Source: Longimicrobiales bacterium (GTDB lineage Bacteria; Gemmatimonadota; Gemmatimonadetes; Longimicrobiales; Gaopeijiaceae). Taken from it: 64,000 nt of DNA. Positions 9,174-19,047 of the stretch are shown here, in pieces. The stretch's first letter is position 1, and each line of letters opens with the position of its first letter. The DNA lies in the NCBI GenBank assembly GCA_046704545.1, contig JBJKRT010000009.1, positions 42,456-106,455 on the forward strand, in the 5' to 3' direction. Both the position numbers and the translations under genes were made by a program. Below the pieces are notes generated by a model. That model did not search any database. It was given only the letters and a program-made list of their open reading frames with translations, and had not been told where the DNA came from.

Positions 9174-10049
9174 ATGACCTCCCGCGCCATCGGTACCTCG
9201 ACCATTTCCTTTGGCCTCGTGTCCCTCCCGGTGAAGCTCTATTCGACCGGGGAATCGGCACGTCGCATCTCCTTCAACATGATCCACAAGGGGTGCGGCA
9301 CCCGCGTGACGCAGCAGTATATCTGCCCAACCGACGACGTCGTCGTCCCCCGCGACGAGATCGTGAAGGGTTACGAGTTCTCGAAGGGGCAGTACGTGCT
9401 CTTCGACGACGAGGAGCTCAAGGTCCTGGAGTCGCCCAAGTCCGACGCCATCGAGATCGTGAGCTTCGTGCCCGCCGACCGGGTGGACCGGCTCTACTAC
9501 AACAAGGCCTACTACCTGGGGCCGGACAAAGGCGGCGCCCGCGCGTACCGGTTGCTGTCGGCGGCGCTCGAGCGGACCGGCCGCGTGGCGGTGGCCAAGC
9601 ACGCGACGCGGGGCAAGGAATACCTGGTGGCCGTGCGGCCGTACGAGGGAGGTCTTCTTCTCGAACAACTGTACTACGCGGACGAGCTGCGGTCCTTCGA
9701 CGAGATCCCCGTCGACGAGGGTGAGATCGACGAGAGCGAGCTCGAATTGGCGATCCGCCTCATCGACCAGGCAGCCTCGGACGAGTTCGAGCCGGAGGCG
9801 TTCAAGGACGAGGTCTACGAGAAGACGCTCGAGCTGATCCAGCGGAAGGTCGAGGGCAAGGAGATCACGGCGGAGCCCACCGAGGAATCCAGGACGCAGA
9901 TCATCGACCTGATGGCCGCGCTGAAGGCGTCGATCGCGGAGCAGGAGGGCGAAGGACGGAAGCCGGCGACACGCGCGGGCAAGAAGTCCGGTTCGAAGAA
10001 GTCTTCGACCAGGAAGAAGTCTCCGTCCAAGAAGGCCGCATCGGGCTGA
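9174..10049 (+). CDS. ku: Ku protein (non-homologous end joining)
   Basis: N-terminus RAIGTSTISFGLVSLPVKLYS is the canonical bacterial Ku start. Lys/Ser-rich basic C-terminal tail. Confidence 0.9.
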   Translation: MTSRAIGTSTISFGLVSLPVKLYSTGESARRISFNMIHKGCGTRVTQQYICPTDDVVVPRDEIVKGYEFSKGQYVLFDDEELKVLESPKSDAIEIVSFVPADRVDRLYYNKAYYLGPDKGGARAYRLLSAALERTGRVAVAKHATRGKEYLVAVRPYEGGLLLEQLYYADELRSFDEIPVDEGEIDESELELAIRLIDQAASDEFEPEAFKDEVYEKTLELIQRKVEGKEITAEPTEESRTQIIDLMAALKASIAEQEGEGRKPATRAGKKSGSKKSSTRKKSPSKKAASG

Positions 10050-10071
10050 TCCGTCTCTCCATGTCGAGGCC

Positions 10072-10911
10072 ATGAAAGGGTACACGACCCGCGAAGTGGC
10101 CGAGGTCGTCGGCCTCCCCACCTCCACCATCCTGACCTGGGCCCACAGTGGCCTGCTCTCTCCGCGGCGGGGACCGCGAGGTGCCTACGTATTCTCCTTC
10201 CAGGACGTGGCGCTGCTCCGCGGTGCACGCATGCTACTGGAATCGGAGGTCCCCACGCGCCGGGTCCGCGAGGCACTCGAGCGTCTGCGGGAGCAGCTGC
10301 CCGCCGGTCGTCCTCTGAGCGCCGTCCTCGTATCGGCGGAGGGCGGACGCGTGGTCGCACGCGACGACGATCGCGTCTGGGACCCCGGCACCGGACAGAT
10401 GCACATGGACTTCTCCGGAAGCCCGGGCAAAGGCGAAGGCCCCATCGAGCCGCGACGCTTCGTTTCGCCCGAGGTCGGGGAGCCGACATCCGCGGACGAA
10501 TGGTACGACCATGGCGTGGATCTGGAAGCTGCGGAGCCCGACGGCGCGCGCTCGGCGTACGAGCGGGCGCTCGTGCTCGACCCCGAGCACCCCGAGGCCC
10601 ACCTGAACCTCGGGAGGCTCGTCCACGAGGCGGGTGATCTCGCCGCCGCGGAGTACCACTATCGACGCACCTTGATGGTCGACCCCGAGAACGCACGGGC
10701 GTTCTACAACCTCGGCGTGGCGCTCGAAGACCAGGGTCACCGGGCCGGCGCAACCGATGCGTACGAGGCTGCGCTGCGGCTCGACCCGGACCTTGCAGCC
10801 GCCCACTTCAACCTCTCCATGCTGTACGAGAAGGTCGGTCGAGAAGCGGACGCGCTGGCGCATCTGGTGGCCTACAAGCGCGTCCTTCGGGGAGGCGGGG
10901 CAACCCCCTGA
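10072..10911 (+). CDS. MerR-type HTH domain protein with C-terminal TPR repeats
   Basis: YTTREVAEVVGLPTSTILTWAHSGLL matches a MerR-like HTH. The C-terminal half has TPR-like A..Y..AL.LDP repeats (three clear copies). Confidence 0.7.
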   Translation: MKGYTTREVAEVVGLPTSTILTWAHSGLLSPRRGPRGAYVFSFQDVALLRGARMLLESEVPTRRVREALERLREQLPAGRPLSAVLVSAEGGRVVARDDDRVWDPGTGQMHMDFSGSPGKGEGPIEPRRFVSPEVGEPTSADEWYDHGVDLEAAEPDGARSAYERALVLDPEHPEAHLNLGRLVHEAGDLAAAEYHYRRTLMVDPENARAFYNLGVALEDQGHRAGATDAYEAALRLDPDLAAAHFNLSMLYEKVGREADALAHLVAYKRVLRGGGATP

Positions 10912-11031
10912 GCTCGCGTCGAAAGGCAGCGCTTCAAGAGGGAATTTTCGGGGTTGACAAGGTCCCCGCTTTAGGTCACGCTCAAAGCAGCTAATTGAGG
11001 CCCTCCCTAGGCCTTAGCAAGCGGTGTCAGC

Positions 11032-12662
<1,631 letters not shown>

Positions 12663-12666
<4 letters not shown>

Positions 12667-14135
12667 GTGACGAGAGCAAGTGGACGGCGCCCCCTCGGGT
12701 GCTGGCGGTCGACGACGAGGCGGTGGTCTGCGAGAGCATCCGCCGCGTGCTCGTGCCCGAGGGCTACCAGGTCACGACGACCACCTCGTCGCGTGAGGCG
12801 CTGGACCTCGTCAAGAAGGAGGTCTTCGACCTGCTCCTGCTGGATATCAAGATGCCCGAGGTCGACGGCATCGAGATCCTGCGCCGGGTGAGCGATGCCT
12901 CCCCGGAGACCGAAGTCATCATCGTCACCGGCTACGCCACGATCGAGACGGCCGTGGAAGCCATCAAGCTGGGCGCGTTCGACTACCTCGAAAAGCCGGT
13001 GAGTCCTCCGCAGCTCCTGGTGGCCGTGGCGCGGGCGCTCGAGCGCAAGCAGCTCGTCGATCTCACCCAGCGCCTGCGCTCCGAGCTGGAAACGCGCTAC
13101 AGCATCGGCAACGTCATCTGCTCTTCGACCGGGATGCGGCGGGTCATGCAGCTCGTCGCGAAGGTAGCGCCCACCAGCAGCACCGTCCTCATCACCGGTG
13201 AGACGGGAACGGGCAAGGACCTCATCGCCCGCGCCGTCCACTACAACAGCTCCCGCAGAGACGCCGCCTTCGTCGTGGCCGACTGCGCGTCGCTCAGCGA
13301 TACGCTGCTGGAGTCGGAGATCTTCGGACACGTGCGCGGTGCGTTCACCGGCGCCGTACGCGACCGAAAGGGCCTCGCGGAGACCGCTCGCGGCGGAACG
13401 CTCTTCCTGGACGAGATCAGCACGATGCCTCCCTCCGTGCAGGGGAGCCTCCTGCGCCTCATCCAGGAGCGTGAGATCCGCCCGGTCGGCGCGGACAAGT
13501 CCGTTTCCGTGGACGTACGTCTGATTGCGGCCACGAACCGCGACCTCCAGGAGATGGTCGAGGAGGGCTCGTTCCGGGAAGACCTCTTCTATCGGCTGAG
13601 CGTCTTCACGATCCGGATCCCGCCGCTGCGCGAGCGCCGCGAGGAGATCCCGCTCCTCGCACACCACTTCGTCAAGCGGTTCGCGCAGCAGTTCAAGAAG
13701 GAGATCGACGGGATCACACCCCGGGCGATGGCGGCCCTGGAAGCCCACGACTGGCCGGGCAACGTCCGAGAGCTCGAGCACGCCATGGAGCGAGCCGTTC
13801 TGCTGGCCGAGAACCGCGCGATCGACCTCGAGGCGATCCCCACGATGATGGGGCATGCCTCCTCGGCCGAATGGGACGACGTGCCCCAGGATGCCCGCGC
13901 GCTCGCCGCCCGCAAGAAGGAGCTCCGCGAAGAAGCCGTGGAGCGGGTGGAGAAGCTGTTCGTTCTCAAGGCCCTCCAGAGCGCGGAGTGGAACGTGACC
14001 CACGCCGCGGAAGCCGTCGGCATGAAGCGACCGAACCTGCACGCCCTCATGCGCAAGCACGGCATCACCGGCCCGCAGAGCTCGGAAGAGGACGGCCCGG
14101 ATGGACCGGATGGACCGGAGTCGTTGTCGGAGTAG
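12663..14135 (+). CDS. Sigma-54-dependent response regulator (NtrC family: REC - AAA+ - Fis-type HTH)
   Basis: REC domain (VLAVDDE...LLLLDIKMPEVDG). Walker A GETGTGKD, sigma-54 contact loop GAFTGA, and a C-terminal HTH (WNVTHAAEAVGMKRPNLHALMRKHG). The ATG overlaps the kinase stop (ATGA). Confidence 0.9.
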
Positions 14136-14144
14136 GCCTTTCCC

Positions 14145-14169
14145 CGGTGTATGGCAACATAATACACCG
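14145..14169. promoter_or_regulatory. Inverted repeat CGGTGTAT-N9-ATACACCG, candidate enhancer-binding-protein site
   Basis: Read directly: GGTGTAT 14146-14152 and ATACACC 14162-14168. It lies about 220 bp upstream of the sigma-54 promoter. Confidence 0.35.
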
Positions 14170-14262
14170 TATACAGGGCACATACGCACGCCCTATCTCC
14201 TTGTCATTGTTGAAGTTACAGACCTCCACTCCGGGGTGGTCGTTCAGGCTCGCCCCGACACT

Positions 14263-14279
14263 GTATGCGCTGCGCATAC
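14263..14279. promoter_or_regulatory. Perfect 17-bp palindrome GTATGCGC-T-GCGCATAC, candidate upstream activator site
   Basis: Read directly. Its centre (14271) is about 107 bp upstream of the -24 GG, a typical distance for NtrC-family enhancers. It shares the GTAT/ATAC half-site flavour with the 14145 repeat. Confidence 0.45.
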
Positions 14280-14376
14280 GGTTCGCTGGATCCAGGACCG
14301 GAAGAAGCGCCGACTGCCACACTCCAAGACCCTGTGGCTAAACGACTTACGAGAATCTTGCACTTTTCGTCACAAA

Positions 14377-14392
14377 CGGCACGCCCCTTGCC
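14377..14392 (+). promoter_or_regulatory. Sigma-54 (-24/-12) promoter
   Basis: cGGCACGccccTTGCc. GG is at 14378-14379 and GC at 14390-14391, with the canonical spacing of consensus TGGCACG-N4-TTGCW. It lies directly upstream of the pseudo-receiver / REC / cytochrome operon and downstream of an NtrC-type activator gene. Confidence 0.7.
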
Positions 14393-14462
14393 TTTCTCGT
14401 AAGTGCCGGGAGCCAATGAGGGCTCGACCGGCGGGATCGGCCCCCCTGGGCCGGAGGAGGAT

Positions 14463-14873
14463 GTGACGGTGTCGTCGACAGTCTTGCTGGCGGACTCCGA
14501 GCGCGCGGCCTCGTTGGCCGCCAGGCTCGCACCACCGGACCGCAAGGTCGCGTGGTACACGAGTCTCGAGGAGCTCATCCGCGAGCAGCCGTTGTCGTCC
14601 GTCTCCGTGCTCGTCCTTCACTCGGAGCAGCAGCCGAAGGGCGTGATGCTCTCGCTGCTGGGCCGGATGAGCGTCGAGTACCCCGGCATGCAGAAGCTCG
14701 CGGTGATGGAGGGGACACCGCCCCTCCCCATCGCCGAGTATCTGACCGCCTGCGGCGTCGCGCTGTTTCTGACGGAGCCGCAGGAGGAGCACCTGGATCA
14801 GCTGATCTCGGTCTTGAACCGGATGCGCGAGCAGACGGGTTGGATCGTCGGCTCGCGCCGAGAGGAGGCCTGA
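14463..14873 (+). CDS. Receiver-like (pseudo-receiver) domain protein lacking the phospho-acceptor Asp
   Basis: Track ORF 14403..14873. The GTG at 14403 sits at the predicted sigma-54 transcription start, so in-frame GTG 14463 or 14469 is preferred; both follow the RBS GGAGGAGG (14453-14460). CheY-like beta/alpha pattern (VLLADSE..., SVLVLHSE...), but His replaces the acceptor Asp. The start is uncertain by a few codons. Confidence 0.6.
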   Translation: MTVSSTVLLADSERAASLAARLAPPDRKVAWYTSLEELIREQPLSSVSVLVLHSEQQPKGVMLSLLGRMSVEYPGMQKLAVMEGTPPLPIAEYLTACGVALFLTEPQEEHLDQLISVLNRMREQTGWIVGSRREEA

Positions 14874-14877
14874 AGCC

Positions 14878-15510
14878 ATGAACGCCATCAAGAACAGGGT
14901 GATGTTCGTCGACGATGAGGAGGCGGTCCGGGTCAGCTGGAACCGGTTCCTGTCGGAGCAGGGATTCGACGTCAGCACCGCAACGGACGGAGCCGTAGCC
15001 ATCTCGGAGCTGAGGGACCACCCGGTCGACGTGGTCGTGTCCGACCTTCGGATGCCGACGATCGACGGGGTCGAGCTCCTGGCCTGGCTGCGGGAGGAAC
15101 AGCCGGACACCCGGTTCATCATGCTGACCGGGTACGGCACGGAAGAGGTGGAGCGGCGCGTCAGGGATCTCGGTGCGTTCGAGTATCTCAACAAGCCGAT
15201 CAGCCCCGATACGCTCGCGGCCGTGGTGACGGCGGCGACGCATCTCAAGCTCGTCGACCTCGACCCGGTGCAGGAGGAAGAGCCCGAGGTCGCCGAAGCG
15301 GTGGTCGAGGAGGTGGTCGAAGCCGCCCAGCCGGCGAAGACCCGTGAGAAGAGCAAGCTCCGGGAATGGGCCGAGATCGTGGGAGGCCTCGTGGCCGCGC
15401 CGATCATGGGCCTGACCTTCGTGATCTTCCTGCCGGTCATCGGCTTCGTCGGCCTGATGTGGTACGTCGGACGCGCCCTCGTGGACGCCGTTTCAGCCCC
15501 GCGGGGCTGA
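14878..15510 (+). CDS. CheY-like receiver domain protein with acidic linker and C-terminal transmembrane anchor
   Basis: Canonical REC (VMFVDDEE, VVVSDLRMPTIDG, LTGYG, YLNKP). It is followed by an EEEPEVAEAVVEEVVE linker and a hydrophobic tail (IVGGLVAAPIMGLTFVIFLPVIGFVGLMWYV). No output domain. Confidence 0.8.
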   Translation: MNAIKNRVMFVDDEEAVRVSWNRFLSEQGFDVSTATDGAVAISELRDHPVDVVVSDLRMPTIDGVELLAWLREEQPDTRFIMLTGYGTEEVERRVRDLGAFEYLNKPISPDTLAAVVTAATHLKLVDLDPVQEEEPEVAEAVVEEVVEAAQPAKTREKSKLREWAEIVGGLVAAPIMGLTFVIFLPVIGFVGLMWYVGRALVDAVSAPRG

Positions 15511-15528
15511 GTCAGGATATCGAAGAGG

Positions 15529-17694
15529 ATGGATACGCACGCGGACGGAACGGCCGTGAAGCTCCTCGGGATTCTGGTCGCGCTCGCCCTCGGGACGAGC
15601 GCGGCCCCCGTGGCCGGCCAGACCGCCGATCAGGTACGAACCGTATGCGCCTCGTGCCATGAGAATCTGGACCTGGCGCGCTTCGAGCACTTCGAGCACG
15701 GAGACACCGTCGGGTGCCTGTCGTGCCACCACATCGGGTTCAGCAACGATTCCGCGACGGTGGTGGCTGAACGTGACAGCGTCTGCGCCTCCTGCCATAC
15801 GAAGCTGTCGCCCGAGCATCTCGGGCACACGGGCAAGGGAGCGCCCACGTGCACGACGTGCCACTCCATCCACGACGATCCCCCCAACGTCGCGGACGCG
15901 GGGGCGAACATCTCCGCGCGGTGCACGACGTGTCACGAGAAACGGCACGTGCTGCACGCGGACGTCCAGAACGGTCCGGTCTGCACGCAGTGTCACACGC
16001 TGCACGCGGTCGATGCCGCGAAGTCTGCCGGCACCACCCCGTCCGACCGATGCACGACGTGCCATCAGCCGCACCCCACTCACCAGAAGGGTGAGGACGG
16101 CCACGCACTTTGCACGCAGTGCCACGCGGTCGACGGACCGTCGCTGAAGGGCGAGACGACGGAGCAACGCTCGGAGCTGTGCGCGAAGTGCCACGAGGGG
16201 CACGCCACGCACACCGAGGTGAAGGAGGGAACGGTCCCGACCTGCACGGAATGCCACTCCATCGCCACCGACCCGCCAGGCGTGAAGGCCGGCCCGGCCA
16301 TTTCGTACCGGTGTGCGGTGTGCCACAAGAAGGCCATGGCCGACTACGAGTTCGGCGGCCATGCGGCGGGGCTCAAGAAGGGTGACCCGAACCCCGACCT
16401 GCCGACCTGCATCACGTGCCACCCACCACACCAGGACCCGGGAACCGTCCAGACGTCGGTACGGCTCGAAGCCACCAAGCACTGCATCGAGTGCCACTCC
16501 GACCCGAAGCTGACGAAGAAATACGGCCTTCCCGTGAACGCCGTAGCGTCGTACGAGAAGGACTACCACGGCGCCACGCTGCTCTTCCTGGCCGACAACC
16601 CGGACGCCAAGCAGGCGCCCGACGTGCTGACCTGCGAGGACTGCCACGGCCCGCACGCCGTGGGGTGGAGCGGGAAGAAGGCCGTCGCGCAGGTGTGCCT
16701 GCGGTGCCACAAGAAGGGAGACCCCAAGCTCGCCAGCGCATGGCTCGGGCACGCCCCGGTCACCGCCAGGAACCAGATCGTCATCTGGCTCGTCAGGGTC
16801 TTCTACTTCCTGATGATCCCGACCGTGCTGATCGGCCTGGCACTCCACATCGCCTTCGAGCTACGGCACCAGAGACGCCAGGGCGCCCACCTCCGGGAGG
16901 CGCTCCGGGCGCTCCCCGGCCGCCTCTTCGGTCACAGGATCGAGGGCGAGTCCAACGAGATGGTGCCGCGCTTCAACGTGATGGAGCGCCTGGAGCACTG
17001 GGGTGCCGGCATCACCTTCGTGCTCCTGGCAGTCACGGGGCTACCGCAGAAGCAGCCCAACGGGCACATCAGCCACGCGATCATCGACTTCTTCGGCGGC
17101 ATCGGCAGCACGCGCTACATCCATCGCGTGGCGGGCTTCACGTTCGTAGCCCTCCTGCTGCTCCATATCGTGGGTAGCGCCAGCGCGGCGATGCGGAACA
17201 AGAAGATCCCCGACATGGTGCCGAGGCCCCATGACCTCCGAGATGCGCTCCAGATGCTCTGGCACCGACTCAAGGGCACGCCGGCACCGCGGATCGGACG
17301 GTTCGACTTCGCCGAGAAGTTCGAGTACTGGGGCCTCTTCCTGGGCGGGATCATCATGAGCGTCACCGGCGTCTCGCTGGTGTGGCCCCAGGTCATCACG
17401 CACTACCTCCCCGGGATCGTCTTGGCGGCCGCGCGCACCGTCCACGGATTCGAGGCCACGTTCGCCGTCCTGGTCGTCCTCCTCTGGCACACGTGGAGCG
17501 TGATCCTCAGGCCGGAGATCTTCCCGCTGGACACGGCGATGTTCACGGGCAAGATCAGCCTCGAGCGCCTCAGGGAGGAGCACCGGGCGGAGTACGACCG
17601 TCGGTTCGGTCGTGGCGGAGAGACGGGCGGGCCGGCGCACGACCGTCCGTTCGGGGCCGCCGACGAGGGTGCCGTGCCGGAGGCCGGCGACTGA
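15529..17694 (+). CDS. Multiheme c-type cytochrome (15 CxxCH) fused to a membrane diheme cytochrome b (FdnI / Ni-Fe hydrogenase cytochrome b type)
   Basis: Signal peptide, then 15 CxxCH motifs counted by hand within about 370 aa. A linker TM follows, then a four-helix domain with conserved His (ERLEHWG, RYIHRVAGF...LLLLHIV, TVHGFE...LLWHTW). Confidence 0.85.
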   Translation: MDTHADGTAVKLLGILVALALGTSAAPVAGQTADQVRTVCASCHENLDLARFEHFEHGDTVGCLSCHHIGFSNDSATVVAERDSVCASCHTKLSPEHLGHTGKGAPTCTTCHSIHDDPPNVADAGANISARCTTCHEKRHVLHADVQNGPVCTQCHTLHAVDAAKSAGTTPSDRCTTCHQPHPTHQKGEDGHALCTQCHAVDGPSLKGETTEQRSELCAKCHEGHATHTEVKEGTVPTCTECHSIATDPPGVKAGPAISYRCAVCHKKAMADYEFGGHAAGLKKGDPNPDLPTCITCHPPHQDPGTVQTSVRLEATKHCIECHSDPKLTKKYGLPVNAVASYEKDYHGATLLFLADNPDAKQAPDVLTCEDCHGPHAVGWSGKKAVAQVCLRCHKKGDPKLASAWLGHAPVTARNQIVIWLVRVFYFLMIPTVLIGLALHIAFELRHQRRQGAHLREALRALPGRLFGHRIEGESNEMVPRFNVMERLEHWGAGITFVLLAVTGLPQKQPNGHISHAIIDFFGGIGSTRYIHRVAGFTFVALLLLHIVGSASAAMRNKKIPDMVPRPHDLRDALQMLWHRLKGTPAPRIGRFDFAEKFEYWGLFLGGIIMSVTGVSLVWPQVITHYLPGIVLAAARTVHGFEATFAVLVVLLWHTWSVILRPEIFPLDTAMFTGKISLERLREEHRAEYDRRFGRGGETGGPAHDRPFGAADEGAVPEAGD

Positions 17695-17717
17695 CGACGA
17701 CCGAAGCGGCTGGTGAG

Positions 17718-17766
17718 ACGGAGGGGCTCCGGCGGCGTAACGTCCGACCGGAGCCCTTCTCCGTTT
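17718..17766 (+). terminator. Intrinsic terminator after the cytochrome gene
   Basis: ACGGAGGGGCTCCGG (17718-17732) pairs with CCGGAGCCCTTCTCCGT (17748-17764) and is followed by TTT. Confidence 0.6.
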
Positions 17767-17799
17767 GACGAGGGAGGACGCCCCGATCATCCTCAACGG

Positions 17800-19047
17800 A
17801 TGAACGTCCCTCCACGCTCCTCGGGTCTCGTCGCGTCGCTCGTGCTCGGCGCCGTTCTCACGCTCGTTGCGGGTGCCTGTGCAGGCCCCAGCGCACGACA
17901 TCCGGCCGGTCCGACGCCGGCGGCTTCGACAGGTGGCGGGCCGCTCGCACCACCCTCCCCTCCCCTCCACACCCGCGGCCGCTTCATCGTCGACCGGCAG
18001 GGCCGAAGGGTCCAGCTACAGGCCGTCAGCTGGTACGGCGCCGAGTCGAAGGACTTCGTGGTCGGCGGCCTCCAGACGCGGCCGCTGGATTCGATCGCCC
18101 AGGAGATCCGCAGCCTCGGCTTCAACGCCGTCCGGCTTCCGTGGTCGAACGAGCTCGTCGAGCACGACCCGGTGGTCCCCGCTCGCGCGCTCACGGCGAA
18201 CCCCGCGCTGGAGGGCCTCCACGCGCTGGACGTCCTCGACCGCGTCGTGGCGGCGCTGACGGGGCGCGGTGTCATGGTCATCCTGGACAATCACAACAGC
18301 GACGCCGAGTGGTGCTGCGGCCGCGACGGCAACGAGCTCTGGTACAACGCACGGTATCCCGAGTCGAGCTGGATCGCCGACTGGAAGGCGATGGCACGCC
18401 GCTACCGACACGACCCGCTCGTCGTCGGCGTGGACCTGCGCAACGAGCCGCGCATCCGCGCGACGTGGGGCGGCCCCCCCGCGACCGACTGGCACGCCGC
18501 GGCGGAGCGGGGAGGCAACGCGGTTCTGGGCGTGAACCCGAATCTGCTCGTGATCGTGGAAGGCGTGGCGTATGCTTCGAACCTCTCCGGTGTCGACAGC
18601 CTGCCCGTCACCCTCGACGTGCCGGATCGCGTCGTGTACGAAGCGCACGACTATGCCTGGTTCGAGCCGCACGCGAGCTACGACGAGTGGGTGAGCAAGA
18701 TCACCCCCCACTGGGGCTACCTGGTCACGGGTCCCCGGCCCCGACCGCTCTGGATCGGCGAGTTCGGCACCTGCTACACGCGGCCCGGCTGCGTCCACAG
18801 CGACGACCCGAAGGCGTACGGCTCCTGGTTCACCGATCTGACGCGCTACATCCGCGCCCACTCGGTCGATTGGTCGTACTGGGCGATCAACGGCACCCAG
18901 ACCACCGGAGCCAAACGCACGTTCGGAGCGGTCGAGGGGTATGGCGTGCTCGACTCCACGTGGAGCGCCCCGTCGAGCCGCGAGCACATGCAGGCGCTCC
19001 GCTCTATCATGAACATTGGGAAGCCTTCGCCGGGAGGAGCCTCGTGA
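17800..19047 (+). CDS. Glycoside hydrolase family 5 (cellulase-like) lipoprotein
   Basis: Track ORF trimmed to ATG 17800, which is downstream of the terminator. Lipobox LVAGAC. GH5 motifs VILDNHN, DLRNEP (acid/base Glu) and LWIGEFG (nucleophile Glu). Confidence 0.8.
   Translation: MNVPPRSSGLVASLVLGAVLTLVAGACAGPSARHPAGPTPAASTGGGPLAPPSPPLHTRGRFIVDRQGRRVQLQAVSWYGAESKDFVVGGLQTRPLDSIAQEIRSLGFNAVRLPWSNELVEHDPVVPARALTANPALEGLHALDVLDRVVAALTGRGVMVILDNHNSDAEWCCGRDGNELWYNARYPESSWIADWKAMARRYRHDPLVVGVDLRNEPRIRATWGGPPATDWHAAAERGGNAVLGVNPNLLVIVEGVAYASNLSGVDSLPVTLDVPDRVVYEAHDYAWFEPHASYDEWVSKITPHWGYLVTGPRPRPLWIGEFGTCYTRPGCVHSDDPKAYGSWFTDLTRYIRAHSVDWSYWAINGTQTTGAKRTFGAVEGYGVLDSTWSAPSSREHMQALRSIMNIGKPSPGGAS

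Noticed and set aside
10950-10985. TTGACA hexamer upstream of the histidine kinase as a sigma-70 promoter
   Set aside because: No acceptable -10 hexamer lies at 16-19 bp spacing, so I cannot support a promoter call.
14094-14120. Direct nucleotide repeat GGACCGGAT x3 at the 3' end of the NtrC-type gene
   Set aside because: It simply encodes a DGPDGPDGPE tail. It is a coding microsatellite with no evidence of a regulatory role.
18141-19043. N-terminal extension of the NagB ORF (and the similar extensions 28492..30018 and 31745..32782)
   Set aside because: These extensions overlap real genes (GH5, Omp85 antisense, ABC exporter) in another frame. Recognisable homology begins only at internal GTG starts preceded by ribosome-binding sites.
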